Source: an uncultured Christensenella sp. (GTDB lineage: Bacteria; Bacillota; Clostridia; Christensenellales; UBA3700). From it: DNA of 64,000 bases. The notes beneath the pieces are model-generated. The model was not told where the DNA came from, did not search any database, and saw only the letters and a program-made list of their open reading frames with translations. Of the stretch, positions 37,201 to 44,814 are shown in pieces. Numbering within the stretch: the first letter of the stretch is position 1; each line of letters begins with the position of its first letter. Where the stretch lies: contig CAJTVJ010000005.1 in the NCBI GenBank assembly GCA_910579785.1, positions 4,385 through 68,384 on the forward strand. The letters run 5' to 3'. The position numbers and the translations under genes are program-made.

Positions 37201-37803
37201 CTGACCTTCTAAGCTGTCCTTTGCGATACGTATCTTTTCGATATTATCCACAGTCCTTGCAAGAGAATTTTCAGCTTCTTTTTTATTCTTTTTAAAACCG
37301 AGTACGCCCGCCGCGTCTTCAAATATAGCTCTTCTGTTTTCCGGCTTGGCATTGATTATCTCGTCTATCCTACCTTGTCCGACAATGCTGTATCCCTCTT
37401 TGCCGAGACCCGTGTTGCGTATCAACGCCTGTATTGTTTTGAGCTTGCTGGTAGAGCCGTTGACAAGATACTCGCTGTCACCTGAGCGGTATAGCTTTCT
37501 CGATATGACGACTTCGTCTAAATCTATATCAAAAACTCGCGTAGTATTGTCAAACGTAAGCGACACTTCACAAAAGGACAGCTCCTTTCTGATAGCCGTA
37601 CCCTTAAAGATAACGTCCTGCATACTTTTACCGCGCAATACCTTGGTGCTTTGTTCGCCGAGCACCCATCGTATAGCGTCAACGACGTTGCTCTTTCCGC
37701 AACCGTTTGGACCGACAATGGCGGTAACGCCTTCGTTGAGCGGTATGTCGATTTTGTCCGCAAACGACTTAAAGCCGAATGCTTCCATTCTTTTGAATAT
37801 CAT
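34213..37803 (-). CDS. smc: Chromosome partition protein Smc
   Basis: N-terminal FKSFADK...GPNGCGKSN, long coiled coils, a hinge, and C-terminal LSGGEKALTA. I prefer the start at MIFKRMEAFGFKSF (ATG 37803-37801). The ORF track extends to 37857. Confidence 0.95.
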   Translation of the reverse strand: MIFKRMEAFGFKSFADKIDIPLNEGVTAIVGPNGCGKSNVVDAIRWVLGEQSTKVLRGKSMQDVIFKGTAIRKELSFCEVSLTFDNTTRVFDIDLDEVVISRKLYRSGDSEYLVNGSTSKLKTIQALIRNTGLGKEGYSIVGQGRIDEIINAKPENRRAIFEDAAGVLGFKKNKKEAENSLARTVDNIEKIRIAKDSLEGQRNNLERQSKAARSYLEIRDQLKVLEANDYIYQYENHEGNKNKIETKLKGYIEEYEQKSKESEDLGAEFNKRQIELHNIDVRINKLRDKRTEIAVKAENIKGQGMSLQERINGLNAQKQTCLERLKKSESAIEEKNAELKTVQEHYNMAVEDKRDADKQFGNCNNEYVTIVKDILDRDEKIKAANQELLNAVEQAGETKVDMGKLNAQKEFILSRIAELNEEITEYDKTLKELEASKTDYESSLFKKNNDLKRLGDSRNDVLSNMRKLREEVDMARSKLGELNAAISACKQHRDTYVSLKKDYGTFSSSVKLLMNDRERNPQLQRRVLGVVVDLITVPKEYETAIEMLLGNAIQNIVVENEEDAKYVINYLKENQYGRMTFLPLTSVKTRELERELSGILNERGCIGLADQLVGYDQKYYRVFSNLLGRTIIVDNLDNATAIARKYRYSVRIVTLQGDVLATTGAITGGSRKSSSNKALSYERIIEEDEKRIKQLNEEKARLEKKLDSSDEDLEVYQEQFDEYTSEFNSAQIAVATERTKLERVEANIASNLALINERMSSKNDFELRLESIDNALAILGEKGKDFSDVKLNVNTLASKTREEYDSKTKLRDELSEKLAQLRVRCSTLQTIIDNDLENIERLKEELNAHNEERTSQRDNLANLQDIIVKITSDKNVELPEKYQSQLDEITEQIDETDAYKIKLQALIGELVAKKDELGKSLMSINEHKIKCENDLARIEESMIAMQTKMKEEYNLDYESALPFKMEEIDITLCRQEIRRLTKAQRDLGSINLESIQDFKTVDEQYQEYVTEIEDLEKTLNDLKTLIAQLSKQILTQFNSEFVKINRNFELIFKELFGGGSGKLVLLPPEEGQSELDAGIEIMAEPPGKKLQSITLLSGGEKALTAMAILFAILKLKAMPFCVLDEIEAALDDANVGVFAQYLKRFSDETQFIVITHRKPTMELADRLYGVTMQEKGVSKVVAVNLADAVKHSDPNA

Positions 37804-37916
37804 AAATCCTCTCATATCTGCCAAATGGCATAATTTTACTGATACAGTATAACACAACTTGTACTTTTTGACAATAATTTATTTATAATTATATATATTG
37901 AAATTTTAATCAAAGA

Positions 37917-37938
37917 CAGGTATAAAACTTTATACCTG
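37917..37938 (-). terminator. Hairpin terminator downstream of the histidine kinase gene
   Basis: 10-bp perfect stem CAGGTATAAA / TTTATACCTG with loop AC. On the minus strand it is followed by TCTTTGATT. Confidence 0.6.
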
Positions 37939-37952
37939 CCCTACTTTAACGT

Positions 37953-39005
37953 TTATACTGGAATATGTATCGTAAATTCCGTTCCTTCGCCCTCTTTGCT
38001 CTCAACTTCTATCTTGCAGTGGGAATTGTCAAGTATCTTTTTGACAAGCGCAAGTCCAAGTCCGTTGCCTTCTTGCGCGTGAGAGGTATCGCCTTGATAA
38101 AATTTGTCAAATATATGCTCTTTGACTTCGCTGCTCATTCCTATGCCGTTGTCTCTTATCTTAAACACAGCTTCGCCGTCATACTTTTTGAGCATTATAT
38201 TTATTTCTCCGCCGTCGTCGGTAAATTTTATAGCATTTGAAATCAAATTCTGCCAAATCTGCGAAAACAATCCCTCGTCGTAGAAAATAGTGACTTCGTC
38301 CAAATCAATATTGAGTTCGATATTTTTAGTGCTCCACTTGTCTTCAAAAAGTATTATAGCCTGACGTATCTGCTCGTCAAGACGAAAATCATTGGGTTGA
38401 AGTATAGAATGATTTTCCAGCTTGCTCAGCCGCAAAATATTGGAAGTGAGCATTGTAAGACTTTGCGTCGCTTCGATTATATCGTTGCAATATTCAGCTA
38501 TCAATTCCCTATCGTCGCTCTTCTTGATAAGCTCGGCATGCCCCTTGATATTTGCAAGCGGAGTCTTAAACTCATGGGATATGTTGGCGACAAAGTCGCT
38601 TCGCAAAGTCTTGGTCTTGTCAAGCTCGTTGACCATGATGTTGAAATGGTGCGTAAGAGTCGCCATCTCGCCCGTCTTCAACTCTCCGTTTTTCTTCTTC
38701 TTTTCTTTGAGCTGCACTGAAAAATCGCCGTTGGCGACCCTCTTTGTGACGTTGAGCAAATCTTTAATAGGATTGAAAAACGCAGTGTTGACGATAAACG
38801 ACAAGACCATGCCTATGACTACGCTCGCGATACCTGCGGCAATTATCATCCACCAACTTTCGTCTATCTCAAAATTTAAATAATTTAGTACGTAATAAGC
38901 TCCGGAAAAAATTCCCGACGCGGCAAGTATAGACACAAAGCTTGCCAAACTTAATTTAAAGAATAAAGATGAATTGTTGTCTTTTTTGTTATTATTTTTC
39001 TTCAT
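37953..39005 (-). CDS. Two-component sensor histidine kinase
   Basis: 350 aa with two TM helices, a HAMP-like segment, the H-box SHEFKTPL, and the N, G1 and G2 boxes (NLISNAIKF, DNGIGM, GNGLGL). Confidence 0.9.
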   Translation of the reverse strand: MKKNNNKKDNNSSLFFKLSLASFVSILAASGIFSGAYYVLNYLNFEIDESWWMIIAAGIASVVIGMVLSFIVNTAFFNPIKDLLNVTKRVANGDFSVQLKEKKKKNGELKTGEMATLTHHFNIMVNELDKTKTLRSDFVANISHEFKTPLANIKGHAELIKKSDDRELIAEYCNDIIEATQSLTMLTSNILRLSKLENHSILQPNDFRLDEQIRQAIILFEDKWSTKNIELNIDLDEVTIFYDEGLFSQIWQNLISNAIKFTDDGGEINIMLKKYDGEAVFKIRDNGIGMSSEVKEHIFDKFYQGDTSHAQEGNGLGLALVKKILDNSHCKIEVESKEGEGTEFTIHIPV

Positions 39006-39014
39006 TTTGCACCG

Positions 39015-39692
39015 TTATTTTTGCTTTTTGACAGCCTTGTAGCCAAGTCCTCTTATAGTGATTATCTCAAAGTCATCGTTGTTTTTGAACTTATCTCTTA
39101 TCCTTGTGATATGCACGTCCACAGTCCTCTCGACAGTGTCGCTGTCCACTCCCCAAAATTCTTCCATAAGCTGACTTCTTGTAAAAATCTTACCTGCAAA
39201 CGACAGCAATTTATAAAGTATATAGAACTCTTTTTGCGGCAGCTCAATCTCTCCCTGAGGAGTCTGAGCCGTCAGGCTGTCGTATATAAGCGTGGTATCG
39301 CCCACTCTCAGCTTTCTTTCGCTAACGATTTGCGAACGGCGCAAGAGAGCGCCGATTTTAAGCGCAAGTTCGTCCGGATCGACAGGTTTGACCATATAAT
39401 CGTCGATACCCAATCCATACCCTTTTTTCTTAGCCTCAAAGTCGTCGATAGCCGTCATAAATAATATAGGTATCGATCCGTTGAGCTGACGAACGCATTT
39501 TGCAAATTCATATCCGTCCATTATCGGCATCATGATATCGGACACTATTATATCATAATGTCCTTCGCGGAACATATCCAGCGCGGCTCTGCCATTGAGC
39601 GCCATATCAGCCTTATATCCGTTGCTTTCAAGAACGGTGCGCATAAGTTTGTTGAGTTTGATGTCGTCTTCTACGACAAGTACGTTTATCAC
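39015..39692 (-). CDS. OmpR-family response regulator
   Basis: Receiver domain (VLVVEDD, DIIVSDIMMP) plus a winged-helix output domain (TVDVHITRIRDK, IITIRGLGYK). The probable start is GTG 39692-39690 behind GAGGTG. The ORF-track ATG at 39725 has no RBS. Confidence 0.88.
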   Translation of the reverse strand: MINVLVVEDDIKLNKLMRTVLESNGYKADMALNGRAALDMFREGHYDIIVSDIMMPIMDGYEFAKCVRQLNGSIPILFMTAIDDFEAKKKGYGLGIDDYMVKPVDPDELALKIGALLRRSQIVSERKLRVGDTTLIYDSLTAQTPQGEIELPQKEFYILYKLLSFAGKIFTRSQLMEEFWGVDSDTVERTVDVHITRIRDKFKNNDDFEIITIRGLGYKAVKKQK

Positions 39693-39846
39693 AAAGCACC
39701 TCGTTGAATTGGTCGATAGATACATTATAACATAGATAATTTGTGTTGTAAACGCTATTTGTCGACGTATTTTTTTGCAATATGTCGCTTTTACGACGCG
39801 ATTTCCAATTAGTTGGCTAGAAAATATGCAGTCATTGACTTTTTAA

Positions 39847-40026
39847 AAGGTTTAGATTTCTTAACTCGTTGAGACCTCTCCGCGTTGGTCGAGGTGACCA
39901 TATATTGCTTATAGCTAATCAAACTTTAAGTCATTTCGACCGAAACAAAGTTAAGCGGAGAAATCTTATCCTATTATATTTTCTACTCGTTGAGACCTCT
40001 CCGCGTTGGTCGAGGTGACCACATAT
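39847..40026. repeat. Mosaic repeat cluster G: forward CC hairpin, conserved linker, reverse TT hairpin, forward CC hairpin
   Basis: Units: 39861-39900 TTAACTCGTTGAGACCTCTCCGCGTTGGTCGAGGTGACCA; linker 39901-39927; 39928-39971 AAGTCATTTCGACCGAAACAAAGTTAAGCGGAGAAATCTTATCC; 39983-40026, whose 33-nt core CTCGTTGAGA...GGTCGAGGTGACC is identical to the first unit. Confidence 0.92.
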
Positions 40027-40049
40027 TACCTACAAATAGCTAAAAAATA

Positions 40050-40076
40050 GAAAAGTACGGCATTGCCGTACTTTTC
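40050..40076 (-). terminator. Rho-independent terminator downstream of the DUF885 gene
   Basis: 12-bp perfect stem GAAAAGTACGGC / GCCGTACTTTTC with loop ATT. On the minus strand it is followed by TATTTTTTAGC. Confidence 0.85.
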
Positions 40077-40110
40077 TCCCTCGATTGCAATAAAATAATC
40101 TGCTAAGATT

Positions 40111-41961
40111 TTATTTATTTGACTTTATATACTTCTCCGTCAACTCATAAGTCCTTGTCACCGCAGGACCTGCGCCCTCTGAAAGCAAAGTCTTGTTGAA
40201 TTCAACTTCGCTGTACTTATCGCCCAGCGCACCTTTCGCCTTGTCGTGTACGTCAGTCAATACCGTCACGCCGTAGCCGTATGCTATATACACAGCAGGA
40301 TTCTCCCTCAACACTGCAAACATATCGCTAAAATCTTCGCCCTCGGACAATATGTCTTCGGTGTATCCAAAATAATTATAAAGCAAATCCATCAACGCAT
40401 TGTCGGCATATGAAAAGACAAGATAATTGGTCTTAAACTTGCAATACTGTTTTAAAGCCAAACTGTCGGTATGCTCCGCAGTATAATTCAAAACCGCTAT
40501 CGACGCATACATAGCCCATCCTTCGGCAAACGTCGTGCAGTCATTTATAAGGCTGAATAAGTCAGCTCCGTTTTCTTTGGCATTGACGTACGCATACAGG
40601 TGTCCGGGATATCCTTCGTGCGCAATCGTGTCAAACAACGTCGCCGGTCTGTCGCCCAAGCTGTGCGAATTGATAGTAATACTCTCGCCCGTCCCCGATT
40701 GGTCGGCAGGCGACTTTAAATAATACGCCAAGCTGTTGGAGATACTTGCCACGGTATCGTCCATATATTTAAAGCTGATTTCGGGTTGGGTCGTCAATCT
40801 CGGCACTATGCTGTCTGCCGCCGTCTGCATATAAGCTATGATATCCTCAGGCTCGCTCAGTCCAAGCGGAGCTTTTTTCTCCTCGACGTAATCATAAAAC
40901 TCTTTGTATACCTGCGGATTCGTCTCTTCCAAAGCTTTTATCTCGGCAAGTACTGCCTGCGCGTTCTTCTGAGCATTGACTACGGCAAGTCTTATCTGCT
41001 CGTATGCCCCTTCAATATTCGCATTCTTTATGCCCGTGATTGAGCTAAAACGCCACTTATAGTACGCCTCGCCTATCTCTCCGTATGCAGTGAGATAGCT
41101 GACGGCAGCATCGGGATATACGCCTTTGTAATCTTCAAGTCCGTCGTGCAATACCTTGACTCCAACCATAAAGCAGTCTCTTATCGCCGTCACGTACTTG
41201 CTGATATAATTATTTTTTTGAACGACGTTTAAAAAGTGTGCGCCGTTTATCTTATTGCGAATAAGCTTATAAAGATAATAATCGTCGCCTTGACTTAATA
41301 TCTCAGCGAGATAATTCTGCATATTCGTCACAGTGACGTCCCATAGCGAATAGCCTTTTAGGTCTCTGTCGTCGACGTAATCGAGATATGAAGGAAAGGT
41401 GTCTTTCGTAGACTTTGTCAATGCAAGCAAATTGTCAACGTCGTCTTTATCTCTAAAAGCATAATTGTCGACGGTGTCGGCAAAAGAAGCTACGTATCCG
41501 CCCTCAGAATTTATTATAGAGCTGCCTATCAAATTGAAATCAAGTACGTACGGAGAGCCGTAATAACTCAAATACTGATCAATGACGCTTTCCATATATC
41601 TATAAGATACGGCGTCGCTGCCCTTCAATCGCGAAAGCTTAATCTTGTTTAATTCACTGTCACAAAGCTTGAAAAGGTCATACAGCTCGTCGGCGTCCTG
41701 CTGACTCAACGCCGAATAGCTTCGCCAAGAGTATTCTCCATACTTCTCGTATCCGTAAGAGCCTTCGGGATCTATTGCAAACACGTTCCAATCTTCAATG
41801 CTGTTGCCAAGAAAGAGCAATGAAAGCTCATTGGACAAAGCCTGTACTTTGGCAGAATAATATGAATCCAAAATACTGCATGCTGTGAACGTCGACGCCA
41901 AACACGTCAACAATAATACTAATGCTACTACGACTAAAGTCTTTTTGATATTTTTCTTCAT
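40111..41961 (-). CDS. DUF885-family lipoprotein (putative metallopeptidase-like)
   Basis: 616 aa with lipoprotein signal LLLTCLASTFTAC and the DUF885 hallmark HEGYPGHLY. Confidence 0.75.
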   Translation of the reverse strand: MKKNIKKTLVVVALVLLLTCLASTFTACSILDSYYSAKVQALSNELSLLFLGNSIEDWNVFAIDPEGSYGYEKYGEYSWRSYSALSQQDADELYDLFKLCDSELNKIKLSRLKGSDAVSYRYMESVIDQYLSYYGSPYVLDFNLIGSSIINSEGGYVASFADTVDNYAFRDKDDVDNLLALTKSTKDTFPSYLDYVDDRDLKGYSLWDVTVTNMQNYLAEILSQGDDYYLYKLIRNKINGAHFLNVVQKNNYISKYVTAIRDCFMVGVKVLHDGLEDYKGVYPDAAVSYLTAYGEIGEAYYKWRFSSITGIKNANIEGAYEQIRLAVVNAQKNAQAVLAEIKALEETNPQVYKEFYDYVEEKKAPLGLSEPEDIIAYMQTAADSIVPRLTTQPEISFKYMDDTVASISNSLAYYLKSPADQSGTGESITINSHSLGDRPATLFDTIAHEGYPGHLYAYVNAKENGADLFSLINDCTTFAEGWAMYASIAVLNYTAEHTDSLALKQYCKFKTNYLVFSYADNALMDLLYNYFGYTEDILSEGEDFSDMFAVLRENPAVYIAYGYGVTVLTDVHDKAKGALGDKYSEVEFNKTLLSEGAGPAVTRTYELTEKYIKSNK

Positions 41962-42129
41962 AATGCTTTTATCTTATATCCTTTATCAGACATTGTCAAA
42001 TGATTTTATAAACGAGTACAAGGCATTTATTTAAACGTATATTACTAATTTCTCTATTTACTTTTTCCGCCAAACTTTCTGTCAAGCTTCCGTCTATACT
42101 GCAAATCGTACATTTCCCTTCCCGTCATA

Positions 42130-43497
42130 TCACTGTGTTTTTCGTATCAAGCAGACAACGCTCTCGACGTGTTTTGTCTGAGGAAACATATCGTACGGAG
42201 TGACAGACTCTACGTCATATTGGGATAGCAATAACTTTACGTCGCGCGCAAGCGTAGCAGGATTGCAGGATACGTAAATAATTTTGTCGGGCAAAGCGTA
42301 CAAAAGCGCGTCAAGCACCCTCTTATCGCACCCCTTGCGCGGAGGGTCAAGCACGACGATTGAGCCTTTGTCTTTGAGCTTGGCGATTACTTTTGGCAAC
42401 TCTTCCGCGCAGTCGCCGCACACGTTGATTATTTTATCCTCATTGCCATTGAGCTTGGCAAGCTGAATGGAATTGTCAATAGCCTGACGCACTATCTCTA
42501 TCGCATACACTTTGTCCGCATACTTTGCAAATATATTGCTCATTATGCCCACGCCGCTGTATGCGTCGATGACGTTGGAAATACCGCTGTCCTTTATTAT
42601 ACTGCCCACCTTTGCGTATATCATATCCCTCACGCCGTCGTTTACTTGCATAAAAGACAGCGGCGACACTTGATATTTTACGCCAAGCGTCTCGCCTTGC
42701 AGGCTCTCTTCTCCATAGAGTACAGTGACTTTGTCACCCATTATCACGTTGGTGCGATGAGTATTTGACGACAAATAAAGCGAGAAGTCAAAGCCTTTTG
42801 CTTTGAGCGCATTTACTAATTTGCCATGCGATTTCAACGACTGTCCGTTGACGACGACGCATATCGCAAATTTATCTCCGACTTTGCGTATCACAAGATG
42901 TCGAATAGTGCCGCTGTGAGAGTTTTCGTCATAATGAGAGATTCCCTCGGCGTGCATATAATCAAGGAATGTATCTATTATATCCTGCATACCGTCGCAA
43001 TTAAGATGGCATATACCGCTCTCGCCCTGCCTGCAAAATGCGACGACTTTGTGAGAATTGGGAGCAAAATATCCCCCGACAAGCTTGCCGTCTTGAAATG
43101 ATATAGGCAGTTGTATCTTGTTGCGATAGTAAAAAACCTGCGGACTTGCAACCGTCTCGTCGACGTTAAATTGCATCTTGCATTCTCTCTCCAAACAACT
43201 CTTGACTCTATCCCTTTTTATCTCCAACTGTTTGGCATAGCTGATGTGTTGCATCTCGCAACCGCCGCACTTAAAACACACTTTGCAAGGCGGCTGTACT
43301 CTGTCGCTCGACGGTGATATCACTTTTATCACTTTGGCGTTGCAAAATGACTTTTTGACCTGCAAGACATGCGCTTTGACCTTCTCTCCTTGCATCGCGC
43401 CGTCGACAAATACGACAAAGTTGTCGACACGTCCAATGCCCTCGCCGTTCATTCCCACAGACGTAATATCCAACGTCAATATATCGCCCTTTTGCAT
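42130..43497 (-). CDS. rlmD: 23S rRNA (uracil-5-)-methyltransferase, RumA/RlmD family
   Basis: 455 aa with an N-terminal TRAM domain, a Cys cluster (CKVCFKCGGCEMQH), SAM motif DAYSGVGI, and C-terminal DPPRKG...VSCNP. Confidence 0.9.
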   Translation of the reverse strand: MQKGDILTLDITSVGMNGEGIGRVDNFVVFVDGAMQGEKVKAHVLQVKKSFCNAKVIKVISPSSDRVQPPCKVCFKCGGCEMQHISYAKQLEIKRDRVKSCLERECKMQFNVDETVASPQVFYYRNKIQLPISFQDGKLVGGYFAPNSHKVVAFCRQGESGICHLNCDGMQDIIDTFLDYMHAEGISHYDENSHSGTIRHLVIRKVGDKFAICVVVNGQSLKSHGKLVNALKAKGFDFSLYLSSNTHRTNVIMGDKVTVLYGEESLQGETLGVKYQVSPLSFMQVNDGVRDMIYAKVGSIIKDSGISNVIDAYSGVGIMSNIFAKYADKVYAIEIVRQAIDNSIQLAKLNGNEDKIINVCGDCAEELPKVIAKLKDKGSIVVLDPPRKGCDKRVLDALLYALPDKIIYVSCNPATLARDVKLLLSQYDVESVTPYDMFPQTKHVESVVCLIRKTQ

Positions 43498-43582
43498 ATG
43501 CTCTCCTTTATATTTTATTTTAAATTATATAATGAGTTTTGTCAACAAAGAACGTCACAAGAGCAAAGTAATGAAATTAAAA

Positions 43583-43636
43583 AAGGATGAGATTTCTCCG
43601 CTCCGTTACACTTCGGTCGTAAGGAGAGGTCTTATC
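43583..43636. repeat. Chimeric single unit of the mosaic family
   Basis: AAGGATGAGATTTCTCCGCTCCGTTACACTTCGGTCGTAAGGAGAGGTCTTATC. It joins a TT 5' arm and loop to the first nucleotides of the L module and then to a reverse CC arm end. Confidence 0.8.
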
Positions 43637-43727
43637 TTTTTAGATTGACTGTAAGCAATATTTACAACTTATAAACACAACCGTTTATAGATAAAAAATA
43701 TTGGCGATAATTATCGCGGAGGAATTT

Positions 43728-43859
43728 ATGAAAAAGAAATTGACAAAAAAGCAAAGACAAGAATTGTCCAACAAAAGAGTCAAGATGCGCTCTATCGACG
43801 AAGCTAATATGAAGATGTCGCTAAAAGACGAAGCGGACGGCAACGGCGATACGTATTGA
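43728..43859 (+). CDS. Possible small basic/acidic peptide (43 aa)
   Basis: Manual translation: MKKKLTKKQRQELSNKRVKMRSIDEANMKMSLKDEADGNGDTY. GGAGG RBS 5 nt upstream, preceded by the perfect palindrome GCGATAATTATCGC (43704-43717). Ends 72 nt before the radical SAM gene. Confidence 0.35.
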   Translation: MKKKLTKKQRQELSNKRVKMRSIDEANMKMSLKDEADGNGDTY

Positions 43860-43930
43860 CATACGTCATTTTATAAAGCAAGCGGATACTTTTGTTGACA
43901 AGTTATTTTAAATTAGAGTAAACTTGTGCT

Positions 43931-44812
43931 ATGGAAAAGTGCTATCTCTGTCCGAGATCTTGCGGAATAGACAGGTCAAAAAACAAAGGATATTGCAATC
44001 AGAGCGGATTAAAAGTCGCAAGAGTCTCACTGCATAAATGGGAAGAGCCTATTATATCGGGCAGCAACGGAAGCGGCACTATATTTTTCAGCGGATGCAA
44101 TCTCAAATGCGTATATTGCCAAAATTATGACGTATCGCATGGCAAAGGAAAAGATATAACTCCGCAAATTCTTGCTGATATATTCAAAAAAATCGAGGAC
44201 AGCGGCGCGCATAATATCAACCTTGTCACACCCACCCACTTTGTAGACGACATACTGAAAGCGGCGGATATCTATGCTCCTCAACTGCCTGTCATATACA
44301 ACTGCGGTGGATATGACAGCATATACACCTTGGATAAGCTGAAAGATTTTGTCGACATATGGCTGCCCGACTTTAAGTATTCGGACAATAGTCTGGCAAA
44401 AAAATACAGCAACTGCAACGACTATTTTGAGGTATGCACTGCCGCTTTGATAAGAATGAGACAGCTTTGTCCAAAAGACGAAATAGCCGACGGACTTATG
44501 AAAAAAGGTCTTATCATAAGACATCTCGTATTGCCAAACGCTTTGCAAAATACTAAGTCGGTGTTGCAATGGATTGCAGAAAATCTTTCCGATGACACGT
44601 ACGTATCAATCATGGGGCAATATACCCCGTTTGGCGACGCATTTAAATTTGACGAAATAAACAGAAAGCTCAAACCTTTGGAATATAAGATAGCTGTCGA
44701 ATATGCCAAAAAGTTTAAGCTTTTTAATTCTTTTATTCAATCTCTGGACAGCGCAAGCAAGGAATTTATCCCAAACTTTGACGAAAGTCCGATAGATTTT
44801 GATTTTCTATAA
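43931..44812 (+). CDS. Radical SAM protein, PflX/PflA-like activase family
   Basis: 293 aa with the CNLKCVYCQN (CxxxCxxC) cluster motif and an N-terminal CxxxxC...C. No SPASM-like C-terminal Cys cluster seen. Confidence 0.85.
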   Translation: MEKCYLCPRSCGIDRSKNKGYCNQSGLKVARVSLHKWEEPIISGSNGSGTIFFSGCNLKCVYCQNYDVSHGKGKDITPQILADIFKKIEDSGAHNINLVTPTHFVDDILKAADIYAPQLPVIYNCGGYDSIYTLDKLKDFVDIWLPDFKYSDNSLAKKYSNCNDYFEVCTAALIRMRQLCPKDEIADGLMKKGLIIRHLVLPNALQNTKSVLQWIAENLSDDTYVSIMGQYTPFGDAFKFDEINRKLKPLEYKIAVEYAKKFKLFNSFIQSLDSASKEFIPNFDESPIDFDFL

Positions 44813-44814
44813 AA

